Shown here one piece after another: positions 60,010-64,000 of a DNA stretch of 64,000 nt. Position 1 is the stretch's first letter; each line of letters opens with the position of its first letter. The DNA comes from an uncultured bacterium (GTDB lineage Bacteria; Zixibacteria; MSB-5A5; GN15; FEB-12), in NCBI GenBank assembly GCA_965372795.1, contig CBDVDR010000008.1, positions 1 to 64,000 on the forward strand, written 5' to 3'. The notes under the pieces were generated by a model. The model searched no databases. It had not been told where the DNA came from and was given only the letters and a program-made list of their open reading frames with translations. Both the position numbers and the translations under genes were made by a program.

Positions 60010-62463
60010 TTAAAATAACTCCATTTTAATCTGTCCAAAAATCGAACGTTCAGCCCCAACATAATATTCCGCCCAGCCACCTACAACAATATTAGTGCCG
60101 TCATCATAGGCATAATTTCCGCCATAACCGGAGGTTTCATATTTTTTATCAAACAGATTGTCAACCTTGCCGGTAACGATAAGGTTGCCAATATTTAAAA
60201 AGTGGTCCATGCGATATGAAATTGATAATGATGCCACAGAAAAAGCATCTATAGCCAGATCATCAATATTCCACAACTCAAGATACTGTTGGCCGATAAA
60301 TTTATGCTTATAAGTTATCCGCCATTTATCAATTGTATAATCAGCAATAATATTACCTAACAATTCAGGGAATCCAGCAGCCTTCTTATTGTTAAAGTCA
60401 ACTTCGTATCCATCGAGCAGGGGCAGATAGTTTTTAATCCGATTATAATTGTAAGAGAAATTTCCTGACAGGCTTAAGCCTGTTTGAATCAAGTATGAAA
60501 AATTGCTTTCTATGCCGGCATGAACTGAGCGATCAGCATTGACAGTAATCGCTATGCCATCATCATCAATACCGCCATAAGGAATGATTTCATCCTGAAA
60601 ATCCATCCAGAACAGGCTTACGCCTGCCTGATATTTTTCAGCTCTATAATCTAAACCAAGTTCATAGTCATAGACCCGTTCAGATTTTGCGGTTGGATCA
60701 CCAAATTTATAGATAGTATCACTTCCAACAGTAGTCATACTTTCAACTTCAAGCGACGGCAGAATAAATGGGTCGTTGGCGTCATAGATTGAAGCATCGG
60801 TCGGGGTTCGCGATGAAATCGCAAAGTTGCCATAAAAACTTAACTTGTCCGATATTTTATAGCTGGCACCAATCCTCGGAGAGAAAAATAACCAGTCGAT
60901 ATCATAATCATGTCCGGCAAAGGCGCCAATTTTTGTCTGATCAAATTTGTACCTTTGATAACGCAGTTGGGCGGTGACTTGAGTTGAAAGTTTTTCGGTA
61001 AACCGATATTCTTCCTGGGCAAAAAACGAGCCAACATATTTATCGCCAAAATATTCATAATAACGTGATGGATTTGAAAGAATTGAATTTAAGTATTCGG
61101 CTTGTTTAACCTGTCCCCAATGTTCCGATTCAAAGAAATAGAAAGAACCGCCAATTGTGTGAGTTCCCTTTTCATGTTCAATCACTAAACTGGGGTTCCA
61201 CCCTAATTGATTTTTGCGTACCCATTGCTGGCGGACAAGGTTACCACTTGAGCTGTCACTTGAATTGTTAAGATTATATTCAGAATAATCACGACCGGTT
61301 TTTAACTGTTCGTAGTAGCCTTTACCGCGAATATAGTATAGGGTATTAGACAGAGTTGTTTTATCGTTGATACGATAAATATTATGCAGATGGTAATGGG
61401 GCTGGTTAAAGTTGTCCGTTTCATTTTCATATTCCAAAGGATTTGCCCGGCGATTAAGTTCTATCGCTTCGCGTGAGGAGCCCCAGTAGGAGAGGTGCAT
61501 CCTTATCGGACCGCCGTAGATATACAGTTCGGTGGTCATGTTTGGATCAAGCCGTCCCAGCCCAAAGAAATATGCCCAGCCTTCATACCAGCTGTTTTCA
61601 CGATAGCCACCGGTTTTCTGTTTTGAGAATCGTCCGGTAAACTGCCATTGCCCATCAATCAACCCCGAGGAATATTCAAGGGTATGCTTATAAATATCAC
61701 TGATGACTTTCCCGTCTGATGTATAAACACCAAATCCGGATGATAAGGAAGTAATTTGAGGCTGTGCAAAGATACTGGTGACAACATTTATAGAGCCCCC
61801 AAACGAGGCATCGCCGTAAAGTGAATTGCCTACTCCACGCTGAATTTGAATATCAGTTATATTTGAGGCAAAATCGGGTAGATCGACAAAATAGGTTGCC
61901 TGATCTTCGGGATCATTTAACGGTACTCCATTAATATAAGTTGAGATACGTTTGTCATCAAACCCTCTGATTTTCATATAGCTGTATCCAAGCGGTGAAC
62001 CGGCATCGGAAAAAGCATGAAGATTTGGAGTTGATTCAAGCAGTAATGGAAATTCGCCCACAGTATAATCGCGTTTGATTTCTTCTTTTGAAAAATTGTC
62101 AAAAGCAATTGGTGAAACACCAAGTTTGGCTCGGTTAGCAGTAACGATTATATCATCACTTCGTAAAAACATTTTTTTCAAAGTAATTTCAGGGGTTAAG
62201 TCCGATGCCTTAAATTTAATCGGGTAATATCCTACCGACGAAAAAGTCACATGGGTTATTCCTTTCATATCCGGCAGTTTAAAAACACCCATATCATTTG
62301 TTATTGTTCCAACCGCTTTCAAGTTGGTGATAACAGAAACCCCCAATAAGGGTTCTTTGTCAGAATTTGTTACTTTGCCGTTGATTTCATCGGCATTGAC
62401 CGAAGAAATCGTGAGCAAAAGGAATAGTAGTAACCCTGAAAAGTTTTTTGTGATTGTTCTCAT
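60010..62463 (-). CDS. TonB-dependent receptor, probably for thiamine
   Basis: Plug IRGFD...INGVPLND, IQIQRGVG..GGSIN; C-terminal F; TPP riboswitch upstream; start MRTITK at 62463. Confidence 0.9.
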   Translation of the reverse strand: MRTITKNFSGLLLFLLLTISSVNADEINGKVTNSDKEPLLGVSVITNLKAVGTITNDMGVFKLPDMKGITHVTFSSVGYYPIKFKASDLTPEITLKKMFLRSDDIIVTANRAKLGVSPIAFDNFSKEEIKRDYTVGEFPLLLESTPNLHAFSDAGSPLGYSYMKIRGFDDKRISTYINGVPLNDPEDQATYFVDLPDFASNITDIQIQRGVGNSLYGDASFGGSINVVTSIFAQPQITSLSSGFGVYTSDGKVISDIYKHTLEYSSGLIDGQWQFTGRFSKQKTGGYRENSWYEGWAYFFGLGRLDPNMTTELYIYGGPIRMHLSYWGSSREAIELNRRANPLEYENETDNFNQPHYHLHNIYRINDKTTLSNTLYYIRGKGYYEQLKTGRDYSEYNLNNSSDSSSGNLVRQQWVRKNQLGWNPSLVIEHEKGTHTIGGSFYFFESEHWGQVKQAEYLNSILSNPSRYYEYFGDKYVGSFFAQEEYRFTEKLSTQVTAQLRYQRYKFDQTKIGAFAGHDYDIDWLFFSPRIGASYKISDKLSFYGNFAISSRTPTDASIYDANDPFILPSLEVESMTTVGSDTIYKFGDPTAKSERVYDYELGLDYRAEKYQAGVSLFWMDFQDEIIPYGGIDDDGIAITVNADRSVHAGIESNFSYLIQTGLSLSGNFSYNYNRIKNYLPLLDGYEVDFNNKKAAGFPELLGNIIADYTIDKWRITYKHKFIGQQYLELWNIDDLAIDAFSVASLSISYRMDHFLNIGNLIVTGKVDNLFDKKYETSGYGGNYAYDDGTNIVVGGWAEYYVGAERSIFGQIKMELF

Positions 62464-62542
62464 GACAGAAACCTCATTAAAAAAATTGTGAGATTCCGTC
62501 CTGTTCGAAAGGAAGCCAAAAGGCTGGGGATGTAAATACATC

Positions 62543-62623
62543 TCCGTTTCCCTACGCCGGTATTATCCGGATCAGGTTTAGGGGTTATGATCTCAGGCGG
62601 ACATTTACGCCACCCCCAACGGA
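62543..62623 (-). promoter_or_regulatory. TPP riboswitch
   Basis: GGGGTG...CTGAGA...ACCC..AACCTGATCCGGATAATACCGGCGTAGGGA with P1 TCCGTT/AACGGA. Confidence 0.95.
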
Positions 62624-62797
62624 ATTATTATCTTCTCATATAATAAATACGAAGCTATTCATTGGCGCAAGCTCTAATTATCAAACGGGATCAAGCAGAT
62701 AACATGTAAGTTTAATTTATCTAATGGTTTAAATTGGTTGACTTTATTTTCATAAAACATCAAATTCTTTTTCGTTGGGACATTTATTGGAGGATTA

Positions 62798-63376
62798 ATG
62801 AGGAAAATTCTTTTTACAATATTTTTATTGTTATTAATGGCTAACTCTACTCAGGCAAAGTCCAGATTTGCCCCAAAGCCGACTTTTGGAATAGGCGGAT
62901 ATTTTGGCGTTGAAGTTCCGGTAACACAGGACGATCAAGGTGATGGAACAGCCTTCGGAATTAAACTGATTATCAAGGCAATGCCTATTATAACCCTTGA
63001 GCCGTTTTTTACCTCAGCTCAATATGGCAAGGCTGTCTTTGACGTTGAGGGAGTAACAATGGACCTTGAGGGCTCAAAGCTGATCTCTTACGGACTAGAC
63101 GCAGTAATAGGAGCTCCGATTGGCACGCCTGGCTTTAATCCCTATTTTGTCGGTGGAATCGGGTATTATAAATTTTCCCGGGAACAGACAAATTTATTTG
63201 ATAACGATAAGTCAGAATTGGGATACGCGGGCGGTATGGGATTCAAGATAAATTTGAACCAGTCTTTGTCACTTGATGTTCGGGGGAAATTTAATGTGAT
63301 TCCGGTAGAAAGTAACAGCTCGAGAAAATCACTTTCACTTGTAGGCGGTTTAAATTTCTATTTTCGAAGTTATTAG
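62798..63376 (+). CDS. Outer-membrane beta-barrel protein (OmpA/OmpW-like 8-stranded)
   Basis: Signal peptide, NPYFVGGIG, alternating strands, aromatic C-terminus. Confidence 0.75.
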   Translation: MRKILFTIFLLLLMANSTQAKSRFAPKPTFGIGGYFGVEVPVTQDDQGDGTAFGIKLIIKAMPIITLEPFFTSAQYGKAVFDVEGVTMDLEGSKLISYGLDAVIGAPIGTPGFNPYFVGGIGYYKFSREQTNLFDNDKSELGYAGGMGFKINLNQSLSLDVRGKFNVIPVESNSSRKSLSLVGGLNFYFRSY

Positions 63377-63390
63377 GAGTCTGAATTACT

Positions 63391-63924
63391 ATGATAAAAA
63401 AATCTTTATTACTTTTTTCCATATTCGCCTTACTTGTGACGAGTGGATGTATTTTGATGTCCGGAACTTTTACAGTTACCGAATCATTCTCGTTTAATCT
63501 TCAAACCGGATTTTATCCTCTAAGAGTAAATTTGACTGATGAAGAGGATTGGGATGATCACAAAGATGAAATTGATAGAATTGATCTTATTGGCTTTGAA
63601 ATATTTATGACTAACGATGAAGACAATGATATTACTTTGAATTTATATATAGATGATGCTGAAAACCCGCTTCATAGCAATTATACTTTGATGCGAAACA
63701 GTGCGATCAGGATTCTTGACCACTATGAACTTGAAGCGGGACCCAATCAATCGAGTCATATTACATATGGCGAATCATTTCAGTACCTTGAGAATATAGA
63801 GGAACTAAAAGAATTCGCAAAACAGGGTAAGTTTAATCTTTATGGAGTTACCAAGACCGGGGGATCGAGCGCCTTTAAAATTGACAGCGGGAAAGTAGTA
63901 ATAACTTTTACAGCACATGATTAA
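63391..63924 (+). CDS. Hypothetical lipoprotein
   Basis: Lipobox TSGC; AGGAG RBS; terminator-like hairpin at 63930-63953. Confidence 0.7.
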   Translation: MIKKSLLLFSIFALLVTSGCILMSGTFTVTESFSFNLQTGFYPLRVNLTDEEDWDDHKDEIDRIDLIGFEIFMTNDEDNDITLNLYIDDAENPLHSNYTLMRNSAIRILDHYELEAGPNQSSHITYGESFQYLENIEELKEFAKQGKFNLYGVTKTGGSSAFKIDSGKVVITFTAHD

Positions 63925-64000
63925 ATAACAATCGACTTTTTTGTCGGTTTTTTGTTGCGTATTTTTATCGTTTATTAGAAATTTATCATATTGGAATAGG

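Overview
Bacterial chromosomal window, roughly 38% GC by eye. The tmRNA tag GENNYAMAA and the gene content suggest an FCB-related lineage, possibly Zixibacteria (inference only). Positions 1-23.0 kb are an accessory region lying 3' of an intact tmRNA gene (ssrA, 23049-23402, minus strand). About ten degenerate copies of the tmRNA 3' end divide this region into 1.3-5.8 kb cargo units. Six of the copies are fused to a conserved ~140-200 bp non-coding module with paired direct repeats. The cargo includes hydrolases, a heavy-metal RND pump, an ECF/anti-sigma module, DJ-1, a flavodoxin-like protein and metallophosphoesterases. No integrase is visible in the window. This looks like a tmRNA-anchored, apparently polarised array of integrase-less cassettes. 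Positions 23.9-64 kb are mostly core-like genes: BlaI/M56-TonB, an SxtJ/carbamoyltransferase/SxtK-like trio, an AmmeMemo fusion, SPFH/NfeD, a redox operon, an EPS locus, FadL, bshB1, CBS/CGL, greA, and a TPP-riboswitch-controlled TonB receptor plus SSS transporter. Several features there are missing from the ORF track: a five-cysteine leader peptide with terminator upstream of the CBS-CGL operon, two small candidate selenoproteins, two sigma54-type promoters in the EPS locus, and a Panacea-type TA pair bracketed by inverted repeats and GTAG REP-like palindromes.
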